Source: an uncultured Oscillospiraceae bacterium (GTDB lineage Bacteria; Bacillota; Clostridia; Oscillospirales; Acutalibacteraceae). From it: DNA of 64,000 nt. The stretch covers positions 141,089 to 205,088 of the forward strand of contig CABUFC010000002.1 of the NCBI GenBank assembly GCA_902490735.1, read 5' to 3'. The notes under the pieces are model-generated. The model made no database searches, was not told the origin of the DNA, and was given only the letters and a program-made list of their open reading frames with translations. Below, piece by piece: positions 46,619 to 56,801 of the stretch. The position numbers and the translations under genes were made by a program. The number at the start of each line of letters is the position of its first letter. Position 1 is the first letter of the stretch.

Positions 46619-47794
46619 ATGGCATTAGTTAGAATTTTTTATGCAGTTTTAATTGCGATTATCGGGTTGTTTTTTATCTTATATTCCGATCCGCTTTCGC
46701 TTATTCTGCTTTTAACGGTAGTGCTGTTGCCGGTTATCCTTTTTCTTTTGCTTTTAGTTGCAAGGCTTTTGCTTAAAGCGGAAATTGAAGTATCGGATAC
46801 CGTTGCGCAAAAAGGCGAATCATTAAAGGTTATAATTACGTTAAAAAACCGCTCGTTTGTATCACTTCCCGGTGTTAAAGTAAATGTTAAGGTTAGCAAT
46901 AGATTTTTAGAGACAGACGATATGCACGAGCTTATTTTAAACGCTCCTGCTTTTTCTTCGGCAAAGGCCGATTTTTCAGTTAGTTCCGCGCATATCGGTA
47001 TTGTTGATATTTCTTTTGATAAGCTTGTGGTTTACGACTATTTTAAGTTGTTTGCATTTTCTAAAAAGCTTAAACAAAGCTATTCAATCAGCTTTTTGCC
47101 AGAGATTGTGCCAACGCCTGTAACAATAAGCAATAATCCGTACGTAATTACCGAGTCTGATGTTTTTTCAGATTCAAAACCGGGTGATGATCCTTCGGAG
47201 GTTTTTAAAATACGCGAATATATCGGCGGTGATAAGCTCAATCGCATTCACTGGAAGCTTTCATCTAAAGCGGATAAGATGATGGTTAGGGATTTTTCTT
47301 TGCCGCTTAATACTTCTATACTTATTTTACTTGAGTTTAATGCCGATATAGGCGATACTTCGGCGCTTGACAGAATTGACAGTATGATTGAAGCCGCTGT
47401 TTGCTTGTCTTCCTTTTTGGCGGACAGTAATATTTTACATAAAATAGGATTTTTTAATACAAGTACCTGCGAATGGCAGTCGTTTTTAATTAAAGGCAGA
47501 AAAGAACTATACGAGGCTTTAAGCCAAATGCTAAAATGCAAAATGGCTAAATCGGACGCCACCCTTGATTATATGAAACACAAGGGTGATGATTATTCGC
47601 ATATTGTCTATATTACATCAAAGCTGAGCGACGGTATGTCCGACGGGCTTAAAGAGGTTTCGGCACTATCATTTATAACTGTAATTAGGGCGGCAACAGA
47701 ATCCGACGAACAAGAAGCTGTAAGCGGTAAATTTAATTTGCTTCCCGTTTTTAGCGGTAGAGTTGCTTTGTCAATTTGCGACGCAAGGCTTTAG
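46619..47794 (+). CDS. DUF58 domain protein
   Basis: 391 aa with two N-terminal TM helices and the DUF58 core (FKIREYIGGDKLNRIHWKLSSK). Classic partner of MoxR. Confidence 0.85.
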   Translation: MALVRIFYAVLIAIIGLFFILYSDPLSLILLLTVVLLPVILFLLLLVARLLLKAEIEVSDTVAQKGESLKVIITLKNRSFVSLPGVKVNVKVSNRFLETDDMHELILNAPAFSSAKADFSVSSAHIGIVDISFDKLVVYDYFKLFAFSKKLKQSYSISFLPEIVPTPVTISNNPYVITESDVFSDSKPGDDPSEVFKIREYIGGDKLNRIHWKLSSKADKMMVRDFSLPLNTSILILLEFNADIGDTSALDRIDSMIEAAVCLSSFLADSNILHKIGFFNTSTCEWQSFLIKGRKELYEALSQMLKCKMAKSDATLDYMKHKGDDYSHIVYITSKLSDGMSDGLKEVSALSFITVIRAATESDEQEAVSGKFNLLPVFSGRVALSICDARL

Positions 47795-47802
47795 GGTGGC
47801 TT

Positions 47803-50271
47803 ATGAATAAAGAAATAAACGACAATAAAATATATACTAACGGCATAAGCTTTGTCGAAACCGACATTCGTTTTTCAGGACTTGGCGGTAAAAATCACCC
47901 AGTACTTTCCTATTTTTTTGGCGTGATTATTAACCTTCTTTTAACGTTTGGCGCTTTATTTACTGCGGCGCTTATGTTTAATATTGAATTTAACTACTAT
48001 GTAATATCCGCTGCAATTGTTTTTTGCAATGTGGTTTTTCCGCTGATTTTTTTACTTGATCGTAAAATAAAAATCTATATTTCCATAGGCCTTTTCGCAA
48101 TAGTTTTAGCTGTTTGCGCGCTTTTTTACGGAAGAATTGTCGACGGCGCCGTAAATTCGTTTTTGTATGCTAAAGACGCGATATTTGATTCAATGTACTG
48201 GACTAAAAATGCGACGGTTGATTTTAAATCTTTAGATGCCGCGTCTACTACCTTTTTCTTAACAGTAGTTTCGGTAGTTCTCTCGTATTTTGTGTGTGCT
48301 TTTAATAGCAAAAAGGTTAATTTTATCGGTCTTTTTTTGGTGACGTTCCCGTTTTTCGAAATCGGAGCGGCGTTCGGAGTGGTTCCGAATTACCTGGCAT
48401 TTGCTCTGCTTTTGTCCGGGTGGACCTCTTCGTTTGCGCTTTTTATTACAACATTTATAAAAAAGAAAAAAGGCCAAAAAAAGAAAAAAACGCTTAAAAA
48501 AACATCTCTAATCAGTATGGTTTCTGTTTTTGTTGCAATACTTACGCTTGCCGCGTTTTTAGGCGTTAACACGCTGCTTTCTTATGGTGGCTATAACCGG
48601 CCCGACGGTGTAAAAGATCTTCGCACGGCAATAAAAGAAGGTTACAGCAATATATATGATCTTATAACCGGAGAAGATCACGACGCAAGTTTAAAAGAAG
48701 GCAAGCTATATAAATTGTCAGACCGTATTGTAAAAAACAGACGGTATATGACGATAAAAACTAACGGTGTTGACGCCGAAGCCGGTATGTACTTTAGAGG
48801 ATATATAGGCTCTCGATATACCGGCAGCGAATGGCAGGATTTTAGCGATAGTGTATATTCTGATTATTCCACTATGTTCGGTAATTTTGAAAATAACAGT
48901 TTTTATCCTCAGCAGTTTATAGGAGCTATGCTTAACGAGATTTATACTACAGGGCGAGATTCATATTTAGGTGTTACCGCAAAAACGGTTGAAATATCTA
49001 ATCTTCGCAGGAAAAAAGCATATGCATATACGCTTGACAATACTTATTTTTCAGACAATTACAAATATAAATATGATACTTCAATAATCCCGTCAAGCCG
49101 GTCAAGGTATAGTTATACAACATTTTTAAATAGTATGAACTACATAAAAGTTACCTCGTCGGACATCTGGCTTGACAGTAATTATCAAGCGCTTTTAACC
49201 CAGTACGATAATTTTGTAAAGGCAAATTATCTGCAAATGCCGAAAGGCACGGAAAACCTTGCAAAAATAGTATCAGGCATAAAAAAAACAGCCGGCGATA
49301 ATTTTGAAATAGCCGACTATATTAGGTACTATTTAAAGGATCACACTAAAGTGTCCAATAAATATCCTCAGCTGCCGGATGGCGCCGAGTTTATAAATTA
49401 TTTTTTAAGCGAAAGTAAAAAGGGTCATTCTGCGCATTATGCTACGGCTTCAACCATTCTCTTACGTGCCGCGGGCGTTCCCGCCAGGTACTGCGAAGGC
49501 TTTTTAATTAACGCTGAAACGTTAGACGGGGTCACACCGGATTCCGACGGTAATTACAAAATAGACGTAACCGACAATGAATCGCACGCATGGGTTGAAA
49601 TTTTTAACAGAAACTACGGTTGGCTTCCGGTAGAAGTAACTCCGGGTTATTATACGGGGCACCTAAATAAGCCACAGCAAAACAACACTTCAAGCACAAG
49701 TCCTTCTGAGTATGAAATTGATCCTAACGACGACAATGTAATTATTTTACCTCCACCGGATACCGAACAAGAAAGCGCTCCGGAAACATTTTTTGAAAAA
49801 GTTTCAAAATGGTTTAAAAACAATTTTGTTAAGTTGCTTTTAAGGATCCTTTATGTTATTGCTTTAATGTTATCGGTTGCGGCAATAGTTGTTTTGGTTT
49901 TGGTTTTGCGAATGCTGATAAAAAGGAATATCCGCAAAAAACGTACAAATCAAAGTAATACCACCGTAAGTGCAATCGAAGTTTACAAGTATTTTTGTGC
50001 ATTGCTCAGGTTTTTAAATATTGAAAACACCGAAAACCTGCCGTATTTATCTTTTGTAAAGCAAGCGGCACAAAAGGCTTCGGTTATAGATAAAGAGAAA
50101 GCCGATTACAGCATGAATGTATTTTTAAAAGCGGCTTTTAGCGAAAAGAAGGTAGAAGAACAAGAATTATCGTTCGCACGGATTTTTGTTGAAAATACCG
50201 CCCGAGGCATTTATAAAAACAGCAGTTTTTTAAATAAATTTAAATTTGTATTGGTTAAATGTTTACTTTAA
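47803..50271 (+). CDS. polytopic transglutaminase-like domain protein
   Basis: ~822 aa from MNKEIND (AGGGTGG RBS). Multiple N-terminal TM helices and one C-terminal TM helix. The transglutaminase-core-like block is KGHSAHYATASTILLRAAGVPARYCEGF...ESHAWVEIF...GWLPVEVTPG. Confidence 0.85.
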   Translation: MNKEINDNKIYTNGISFVETDIRFSGLGGKNHPVLSYFFGVIINLLLTFGALFTAALMFNIEFNYYVISAAIVFCNVVFPLIFLLDRKIKIYISIGLFAIVLAVCALFYGRIVDGAVNSFLYAKDAIFDSMYWTKNATVDFKSLDAASTTFFLTVVSVVLSYFVCAFNSKKVNFIGLFLVTFPFFEIGAAFGVVPNYLAFALLLSGWTSSFALFITTFIKKKKGQKKKKTLKKTSLISMVSVFVAILTLAAFLGVNTLLSYGGYNRPDGVKDLRTAIKEGYSNIYDLITGEDHDASLKEGKLYKLSDRIVKNRRYMTIKTNGVDAEAGMYFRGYIGSRYTGSEWQDFSDSVYSDYSTMFGNFENNSFYPQQFIGAMLNEIYTTGRDSYLGVTAKTVEISNLRRKKAYAYTLDNTYFSDNYKYKYDTSIIPSSRSRYSYTTFLNSMNYIKVTSSDIWLDSNYQALLTQYDNFVKANYLQMPKGTENLAKIVSGIKKTAGDNFEIADYIRYYLKDHTKVSNKYPQLPDGAEFINYFLSESKKGHSAHYATASTILLRAAGVPARYCEGFLINAETLDGVTPDSDGNYKIDVTDNESHAWVEIFNRNYGWLPVEVTPGYYTGHLNKPQQNNTSSTSPSEYEIDPNDDNVIILPPPDTEQESAPETFFEKVSKWFKNNFVKLLLRILYVIALMLSVAAIVVLVLVLRMLIKRNIRKKRTNQSNTTVSAIEVYKYFCALLRFLNIENTENLPYLSFVKQAAQKASVIDKEKADYSMNVFLKAAFSEKKVEEQELSFARIFVENTARGIYKNSSFLNKFKFVLVKCLL

Positions 50272-50277
50272 ATTTAA

Positions 50278-50306
50278 GGCGCGCCAAAGGGCGCGCCGCT
50301 TTTTTA
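50278..50306. terminator. bidirectional terminator (transglutaminase gene / bioY)
   Basis: Stem GGCGCGCC / GGCGCGCC with an AAAG loop, followed by GCTTTTTT. Confidence 0.8.
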
Positions 50307-50855
50307 ATCTATATTTATTAGCTTTTTAAGTTTTATAACCAGAAAACCGCTTAATAAAATTTTTGCAATATCAGGTATTATAAACGGCACAACGCAAATG
50401 GTAAGAGAAGATATTACGTTTTTTAGCGTTATAGCTCCAAAATAGTTAAACGAGAACCACAGTGTTCCAACCGTGTAGCAAACTATTAAACCGGCCACCA
50501 TTCCTAAAACTAAAATATAAAATTTCGTGCCGAAAAATTTAACAAACAGCCCTTCAATAACGGCAAAGAATATAAAGCCGAAGATATAACCGCCCGTAAC
50601 TCCGAACAAAGCGCCTACTCCACCTGAAAAGCCCGAAAAAACCGGAAGTCCAACAAGTCCCAGTAAAATATATACTATAACAGAAAGCGTTCCGTATAAA
50701 GGACCAAGTAAACCTACTGCAAGTCCAATTGCAAACACCTGCAGTGTAAACGGCACGGTAAAGGGTATTTGTATCCACGAAGCAATAACAATAACCGCGC
50801 TGAAAATTGCGGCCAACAGCAATTTTTTTAGTTTGAGATTATCCAATTGATTCAC
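50304..50855 (-). CDS. bioY: biotin transporter S component BioY
   Basis: 183 aa, six hydrophobic helices, with a BioY family pattern (...PFTLQ.FA..L.G..LG...G....). Confidence 0.88.
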   Translation of the reverse strand: MNQLDNLKLKKLLLAAIFSAVIVIASWIQIPFTVPFTLQVFAIGLAVGLLGPLYGTLSVIVYILLGLVGLPVFSGFSGGVGALFGVTGGYIFGFIFFAVIEGLFVKFFGTKFYILVLGMVAGLIVCYTVGTLWFSFNYFGAITLKNVISSLTICVVPFIIPDIAKILLSGFLVIKLKKLINID

Positions 50856-50962
50856 CTTCCAAAAATTTCAGATACAATATTATCATAAAATTATAGATTT
50901 TTCAATAAAACTGTACAATTAAGAAAAAATATGTTACATTAAATAAAAAACGGAGCGGTACT

Positions 50963-52243
50963 ATGGATATATTTGACATTCTTGCAAAAATGCGAAAAGG
51001 CGTTGAGCTTACAAGCGCCGAAATCAGCTTTTTTGTTGACGGTGTAGTAAACAAAACCATTCCCGATTATAAAATAACCGCCTTTTTAATGGCCGTCGCA
51101 ATAAACGGACTAACTAATCGTGAAACGGCCGACCTTACAATTGCAATGGCAAAAAGCGGTAAGTCAATAGCATTAAATGATATAAGCCATACGCTGGATA
51201 AACACAGCACCGGCGGAGTAGGAGATAAAACCACCTTAATATGCTGCCCCATTATGGCGGCGGCCGGGGTTAATATTTATAAGCTAAGCGGAAGAGGCCT
51301 CGGCCATACCGGCGGCACGGCAGATAAGCTTGAAAGTATAAATGGCATAAATTTAAACCTGGATGAAAACACACTTAAAGAAATTGTTAAGGAAAACCAT
51401 TTTTCCATAGCGACAAGCGGTCCCGATATTGCCGCGGCCGATAAAATTTTATACGCGTTGCGCGATGTTACCGCTACAGTAGATTCTATTCCGCTTATTG
51501 CTTCAAGTGTAATGTCTAAAAAACTGGCTGTAGGAGCAGAAAATATATTAATAGATGTTAAAACCGGTTCCGGCGCTTTTATGAAAACCTATAAAGATGC
51601 TCTAACCCTTTCACGCCTTTTAATAAACATTGGAAAACTTGCCGGTAAAAATGTGCGCTGTGTAATTACCGATCAGTCTGCACCTCTTGGAAGGGCAGTT
51701 GGGAATTCGCTTGAAATAATGGAATGCCTCGATATACTGGATTTAAAGGTTAAAAATGAATTGTCCGAGCTTTCGCTTTATTTAGCGGCAAAGGGTATAT
51801 CCATGGCGCTGAAAATTCCGTATGACAGCGCGTATAAAAAAGCGGAAACCGCACTTTTAAGTAAGAAAGCCAAAGAAATATTTTTATCTACCATAAAACT
51901 TGAAGGCGGTGATATTTCTTCCTTAAAACCTGCCAAAAACAAATATGTAATCAAAGCAGATGCTTCGGGATTTTTATATGCGATTGACGCTTATAAAATA
52001 GGTCGGGCGGTAATGATGCTTGGCGGCGGCAGAACTAATCCTGACGATATAATAGATCATGAAGTAGGTGTAAATTTTTTCAAAAAGCCCGGTGACAAGA
52101 TTATACCTGGCGAGCCGTTAGCGGAACTTTTTTATAATGAAGATGAAAGGTTGAAAACGGCGCTTTTGGAGTTTTCGGGTGCCATTCACATAGAAAAACG
52201 AAAGCCTAAAAGAAAAAAACTAATAATAAAAGAAATAAAATAG
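50963..52243 (+). CDS. pdp: pyrimidine-nucleoside (thymidine) phosphorylase
   Basis: 426 aa with DKHSTGGVGDKT and SGRGLGHTGGTADKLE motifs. Confidence 0.92.
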   Translation: MDIFDILAKMRKGVELTSAEISFFVDGVVNKTIPDYKITAFLMAVAINGLTNRETADLTIAMAKSGKSIALNDISHTLDKHSTGGVGDKTTLICCPIMAAAGVNIYKLSGRGLGHTGGTADKLESINGINLNLDENTLKEIVKENHFSIATSGPDIAAADKILYALRDVTATVDSIPLIASSVMSKKLAVGAENILIDVKTGSGAFMKTYKDALTLSRLLINIGKLAGKNVRCVITDQSAPLGRAVGNSLEIMECLDILDLKVKNELSELSLYLAAKGISMALKIPYDSAYKKAETALLSKKAKEIFLSTIKLEGGDISSLKPAKNKYVIKADASGFLYAIDAYKIGRAVMMLGGGRTNPDDIIDHEVGVNFFKKPGDKIIPGEPLAELFYNEDERLKTALLEFSGAIHIEKRKPKRKKLIIKEIK

Positions 52244-52266
52244 ACCGACAAGGTCTATTTTTTTTA
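52241..52266 (+). terminator. rho-independent terminator after pdp
   Basis: Stem TAGACC / GGTCTA followed by a run of 8 T. Confidence 0.75.
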
Positions 52267-52301
52267 TATACTTCATAATCTTTATTAGGACAAGTAAAGG
52301 A

Positions 52302-53135
52302 ATGATGAAAATGCATAGACTTACAGAATTCGACGGAGCTTTATATGGTATGCCGGACAGAATAAAAAAAGAGCTTAATGCACTTCCTTTCGAGCTAAAG
52401 CATACAATCGAAGAGGTGCGTATAAGGGCCGATTCTCCGATTTACATAACCACAAAAGGCGAAAATATAAGACTTCCCTTAAATGCCACCGCCAAAGAAA
52501 CCGAAGAAGCTTTTTTCGGTTATTGCGATCACTCTGTATATTCGCACGAAGAAGAAATAAAACAAGGCTTTATTATGCTTAAAAACGGACACAGGGCCGG
52601 AATTTGCGGCAGAGCCGTATACGATAAAGGCAAGCTTAAAAGTATATGCGATATAACATCTTTAAACATTCGTATCAGTAGGGAAGTAAATGGCGCTGCC
52701 GAGATGATTGTAAAGGAATTTTGCGGACGCGGCATACTTATTTTTGGACCGCCAAGCTCGGGAAAAACCACTTTGCTTCGCGATACCGCAAGAAGCTTAG
52801 AAAAACGCACTGTAATAATTGATACACGCGGAGAAATTGCGGCAGGCGATGTTGGTCCTATGACAGATGTGCTTTTAGGTGTGGAAAAAGCCGACGGCAT
52901 CCAAATGGCGGTTAAAGTATTAAACCCTGAAGTAATAATTTTTGACGAAATAAGTACCACCGAAGAGGTTCGTGCTGTAGAAGAGGGCTTTAATTGCGGC
53001 GTACCTGTAATAACTACAGCCCATGCCGGAAGCATTAAAGAGTTAGAACAAAGACCGGCTACAAGTCTTTTGTTAAAAAGCGGTGCAATAGATACCATTT
53101 ATTTTATTAACAACCGCAAGGTGATTAAAATATGA
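52302..53135 (+). CDS. spoIIIAA: stage III sporulation protein AA (ATPase)
   Basis: 277 aa with Walker A GPPSSGKTT and Walker B IIFDEI. First gene of an eight-gene spoIIIA-type cluster. Confidence 0.9.
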   Translation: MMKMHRLTEFDGALYGMPDRIKKELNALPFELKHTIEEVRIRADSPIYITTKGENIRLPLNATAKETEEAFFGYCDHSVYSHEEEIKQGFIMLKNGHRAGICGRAVYDKGKLKSICDITSLNIRISREVNGAAEMIVKEFCGRGILIFGPPSSGKTTLLRDTARSLEKRTVIIDTRGEIAAGDVGPMTDVLLGVEKADGIQMAVKVLNPEVIIFDEISTTEEVRAVEEGFNCGVPVITTAHAGSIKELEQRPATSLLLKSGAIDTIYFINNRKVIKI

Positions 53136-53587
53136 AGATTTTAGGTGCTTTGCTTGTGGCCTCTTTACCGGCATTTTACGGTATAAACCGGGTGATATTT
53201 TTACGAAAGCAAAAGGTTGCAATAAAAGCAATATACGAAAAATCAAGGCTTGCCGTAGACACTGCTTATATGACTAAAAAAGAGATAAAGGAAGTTTTAA
53301 AAAGCATCGAATATCCTTTTTTAGATTTTAAAGAAGGAGTAGTAACGTTAGACGAAAATCAATGCAAAGAGTATGGCTTAAATTCATCCGAAATACTTCC
53401 TGCAAATAATTTTTTAAATGCATTACAGCATGGCGATACCGATTTTTTAATTAATCAAAGCGAAATTTACATAAACGAAATAAAAGCAAGTTTAACTTTA
53501 GTTGAAAGCGGTTATAAGAGGTCTGCTAAAACCAGTCTGAGTTTTGCTTTTTCGATATCTCTTACAGTATTTTTGCTGCTTTTATAG
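53132..53587 (+). CDS. spoIIIAB: stage III sporulation protein AB
   Basis: 151 aa with terminal TM helices and a 4-nt overlap with spoIIIAA. Identified by position and size. Confidence 0.75.
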   Translation: MKILGALLVASLPAFYGINRVIFLRKQKVAIKAIYEKSRLAVDTAYMTKKEIKEVLKSIEYPFLDFKEGVVTLDENQCKEYGLNSSEILPANNFLNALQHGDTDFLINQSEIYINEIKASLTLVESGYKRSAKTSLSFAFSISLTVFLLLL

Positions 53588-53600
53588 AAAGGAATAAAAA

Positions 53601-53795
53601 ATGGATGTCGATTTTATTTTTAAAATAGCTGCAATAGGCATAATAGTTGCGGTATTAAACCAACTGCTAACAAGATCCGGTCGCGAAGAACAGGCGCTTT
53701 TAACAACTCTTGCAGGTCTTATTGTTGTAATGCTGATGATTGTAAATATGATAGGCGAGCTTTTTTCAAATATTAAAAGTGTGTTTGGCTTATGA
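53601..53795 (+). CDS. spoIIIAC: stage III sporulation protein AC
   Basis: 64 aa two-TM protein, FKIAAIGIIVAVLNQLL..SGREEQA, a typical SpoIIIAC sequence. Confidence 0.9.
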   Translation: MDVDFIFKIAAIGIIVAVLNQLLTRSGREEQALLTTLAGLIVVMLMIVNMIGELFSNIKSVFGL

Positions 53796-54181
53796 ACGTT
53801 TTTGCGGTTTTAGGGATACTGCTTATTACTCTTTTTTTAGCAGTGTTTATAAAAAATTACCGTGCGGAGTATTCGCTTTTATTGGGACTTGCCGCATCCG
53901 CAATGGTGTTTATTTGGGTAATTTCTACGGTTTCACCGATTTTTAGCGATATTAAAAATCTGTTTTTATATGCAGGAATTAAAGAAGAGTATTTTTCAAC
54001 GCTTTTAAAAGCCGTTGGCATTTCGGTTGCTACCGGTTTTTGTGCCGATTTATGTAAGGATAACGGCCAAAATTCGTTGGCAGTCAAAGCTGAGTTTGCC
54101 GGAAAGGCCGCGCTTTTGGTACTTGCTCTTCCGTATTGTAAGGATTTATTAGAAATAACGATGCAAATTTTAAAGGAATAA
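53792..54181 (+). CDS. spoIIIAD: stage III sporulation protein AD
   Basis: 129 aa multi-TM protein with a conserved C-terminal ...D.G...LA..VE.AGK..IL..ALP block. Confidence 0.88.
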   Translation: MNVFAVLGILLITLFLAVFIKNYRAEYSLLLGLAASAMVFIWVISTVSPIFSDIKNLFLYAGIKEEYFSTLLKAVGISVATGFCADLCKDNGQNSLAVKAEFAGKAALLVLALPYCKDLLEITMQILKE

Positions 54182-54183
54182 CA

Positions 54184-55281
54184 ATGAAAAAGATTTTTTA
54201 TTTTTTGTGCATAAGCTTTTTGCTTGCCAATATGTTAACGTTGAATTGTTTTTGCGAAAGCGCAGACATTTACAGCGAAATTTACTCAGCCATACCGAAA
54301 ACGCAAAACGAAAACAGTTTATTGGAAGAAAACGGCATAAACGGGTCAGACCCCGAATATTATAAAAATTTTACATTTGAAAATGTTTTAAATACTATCA
54401 CATCGCTTTTTAACGACCGCTTTAAAGCGCCCTTTTCGGCTTTGTTGTTTTTTTTCGCGGCAATTCTTATTATTGCTTCTTTTAAAGAGTTTTTACGGGA
54501 CAACCATTATTTTGCCGTATTTTGCAGTGTTGCGGTATTTTCTTCTATGCTTATTCCCTTGTTTCAGCTTTTTGTCGAATGCAAAACATCTGCAGAATAT
54601 GCATCGGATTTTATGCTTAGCTTTATTCCGGCATATTTTGGGGTTATGCTAAGCGCCGGATATATTGGCACGGTTACAGCAACAAGTCCTGTTTTAATGT
54701 TTGCCGCAAATGCTACGGCGCTTTTTTCAAGCCACGTATTGCTTCCGCTTATGTCTGGATATCTCGGTATTACTATAGCATCAAGCGCATCCAAAGAAAT
54801 AGGCATTAAAAAATTGGCTTTAGGAATAAATAAATTCGCTGCGATTATCGGCGGAGTGATAGCAACGCTGTATTCGGGATTTTTGTCTATAAGCGGTACG
54901 CTGGCTGCATCTTCTGATACACTCGCATTAAAAACGACCCGTTTTTTTATTGGCGGGGTTCCGATTGTAGGAGGGGCTATCGGAGATAGTCTTTTATTTG
55001 CAAAAACCGCTACTGAAACGGTAAAAACGACCTATGGATTATTAGGCATTATATCTGTTGCCGCCTACTTGCTTCCTACAATAATAAGCCTGCTTTTTTG
55101 GAAACTCTGCCTTTTTGCTTCGTCGGCTTTTGCAGGAGTTTTAGGGGAAAACGACCTGTCGGATTTTTTGCAGAATGTGTCAAGCGTTCTTTCTGTAACA
55201 ATAGGAATTCTGCTGTTTATTGCATTGCTTTTTATAGTGGGACTGTCGGTTCTTATTATGATTAAAGGCGGTGCGGCGTGA
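54184..55281 (+). CDS. spoIIIAE: stage III sporulation protein AE
   Basis: 365 aa with a signal sequence plus a polytopic membrane domain. Position and size match SpoIIIAE. Confidence 0.88.
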   Translation: MKKIFYFLCISFLLANMLTLNCFCESADIYSEIYSAIPKTQNENSLLEENGINGSDPEYYKNFTFENVLNTITSLFNDRFKAPFSALLFFFAAILIIASFKEFLRDNHYFAVFCSVAVFSSMLIPLFQLFVECKTSAEYASDFMLSFIPAYFGVMLSAGYIGTVTATSPVLMFAANATALFSSHVLLPLMSGYLGITIASSASKEIGIKKLALGINKFAAIIGGVIATLYSGFLSISGTLAASSDTLALKTTRFFIGGVPIVGGAIGDSLLFAKTATETVKTTYGLLGIISVAAYLLPTIISLLFWKLCLFASSAFAGVLGENDLSDFLQNVSSVLSVTIGILLFIALLFIVGLSVLIMIKGGAA

Positions 55282-55697
55282 AAGATATGATTTATTCGCT
55301 TTCGGCGGCGGCAATTATAACCTCATTAATATATATCTTTATGCCGAAAAAGGATAAAATGCTTAGGTTTGTAATAACGCTTGTTTTTATAGTAACTGTT
55401 GTTTTACCAATGATTTATACGGTGCCAAAGTCGGTAGATATTAACACTGATTATATTGATAGCACAAACGACGTTTTTTACGAGATAAAAGTTAAGCAAG
55501 CCGAAGCGATGATTGCGGACATACTTTTAAAAAACAATATAAAATTTAAAAAAATTTATGTTTTTGCTAATACTTCGGAAGAATACAACATATCTATTAA
55601 TAAAGTAATTATTGAATCAAACGACGATGCAAACAAAATATACTCTTCTTTGGCGAGTCTTGATTTTTTAAAGGTAGTACAAAAATATGAAGAATAA
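55278..55697 (+). CDS. spoIIIAF: stage III sporulation protein AF
   Basis: 139 aa with two N-terminal TM helices. Identified by operon position. Confidence 0.7.
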   Translation: MKDMIYSLSAAAIITSLIYIFMPKKDKMLRFVITLVFIVTVVLPMIYTVPKSVDINTDYIDSTNDVFYEIKVKQAEAMIADILLKNNIKFKKIYVFANTSEEYNISINKVIIESNDDANKIYSSLASLDFLKVVQKYEE

Positions 55698-56169
55698 AAT
55701 AAACGAATTATTAAAAAATAAAAAATTTGTAAATATTGCCGCAGCTTTGCTTGCAATTGTTGGGTTAATATTGGTTTTTTCTGCAAGCCATAAAACAAGC
55801 ACAACAACAAAAGCAGAAGAAACCTTTAACAGCGATGAGTACGTAAAAGCTCTTGAAGAAAAGATTAAAACGATATCCGAGTCAATTTCCGGAGTAGAAG
55901 CTAACGTTTCTATAACTATAGAAAGCACCAATGAATACGTTTATCGCGATACCCAAAAAACCGCAAGCGAAAAATCAGAGCAGGACATTGTCATTGTAAA
56001 AGATGGCAGCGGCGCCGAAGAAGGACTTATAATCACAGAAAAAATGCCTCAAATAAGGGGTGTTGTGGTCGTCGTAAAAGGAGCGGACGAAAGCTCTGTT
56101 AAAAAAATTGAAGAATCCGTAGCGGCATTATTAAATATAAGACACAGCAAGGTTTTTGTTACTAAATAA
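55687..56169 (+). CDS. spoIIIAG: stage III sporulation protein AG
   Basis: 160 aa with an N-terminal TM helix and a C-terminal ring-building motif region (P.IRGVVVV..GA). Confidence 0.8.
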   Translation: MKNKINELLKNKKFVNIAAALLAIVGLILVFSASHKTSTTTKAEETFNSDEYVKALEEKIKTISESISGVEANVSITIESTNEYVYRDTQKTASEKSEQDIVIVKDGSGAEEGLIITEKMPQIRGVVVVVKGADESSVKKIEESVAALLNIRHSKVFVTK

Positions 56170-56185
56170 TTTATAGGAGGACATT

Positions 56186-56731
56186 ATGAAAAAAGGTAAA
56201 GTTTTTCACAAAAAACAAATAGTTATAGCGGCAATGGTTTTAGCGCTTGGCGGGGCTATATGGCTTAATATGAAGTATTCCGCCGGAAGCGGTGGGTTTA
56301 ACACTGTAAGCAGCAGTAATAAAAACTTAGGCGATACCAAATATGTTATGGAAGAAGAGGCCGTTGAAACCGCGGCAAACGCCGATTATCTTGCAGAATA
56401 CAAAAGCCAACGCGAAACGGCAAGAAATGAAGCGATAAAACTTGTGGAAGAAACCCTTTCAAAGACAAATCTCTCTGCCGAAGAAAAAAAGGCGGCTACA
56501 GAAAAAATTGAACAAGAAGCCCAAAATGTTTTAAGCGAATCCAACATTGAAACAACCCTTAAAGCTAAAGGCTTTAATTCCAGCCTTGTAATGATAAGTG
56601 GCGAGAATGCAACGGTTATTGTAAAAAGTAGTGACGGACTTACGTCTAGCGAAACACTGCAAATCCAAGACGCGGTAATTGCCAACAGTAAAATTGAACT
56701 TTCAAACATCAAAATAGTTACGGTAAAGTAG
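56186..56731 (+). CDS. spoIIIAH: stage III sporulation protein AH
   Basis: 181 aa with an N-terminal TM helix, a charged coiled region and a YscJ/FliF-like C-terminus. Last gene of the cluster. Confidence 0.75.
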   Translation: MKKGKVFHKKQIVIAAMVLALGGAIWLNMKYSAGSGGFNTVSSSNKNLGDTKYVMEEEAVETAANADYLAEYKSQRETARNEAIKLVEETLSKTNLSAEEKKAATEKIEQEAQNVLSESNIETTLKAKGFNSSLVMISGENATVIVKSSDGLTSSETLQIQDAVIANSKIELSNIKIVTVK

Positions 56732-56760
56732 TTGCAAAAACCAAATCCGTTTGATATAAT
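56732..56760 (+). promoter_or_regulatory. sigma-A promoter of the asp23-like gene
   Basis: TTGCAA, 17 nt, TATAAT, 41 nt upstream of the GTG start at 56802 (RBS GGGAGG). Confidence 0.6.
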
Positions 56761-56801
56761 AATTAAAATAATATTATATTAATTAAGCGGGAGGTTTTAA
56801 A

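Noticed and set aside
50856-50962. Possible BirA operator upstream of bioY (TGTACA ... TGTTACA)
   Set aside because: The two arms are only partially complementary (about 4 of 6). I cannot match them to a BirA operator consensus with confidence.
52529-53098. Long antisense ORFs inside well-supported genes (for example 52529-53098, 59262-59843, 19108-19578, 3123-3548, 11386-11832, 26934-27362, 57384-57725)
   Set aside because: Each lies fully within a confidently identified gene on the opposite strand. Each has Ser/Pro/Ala-rich shadow-frame composition and lacks start-site signals.
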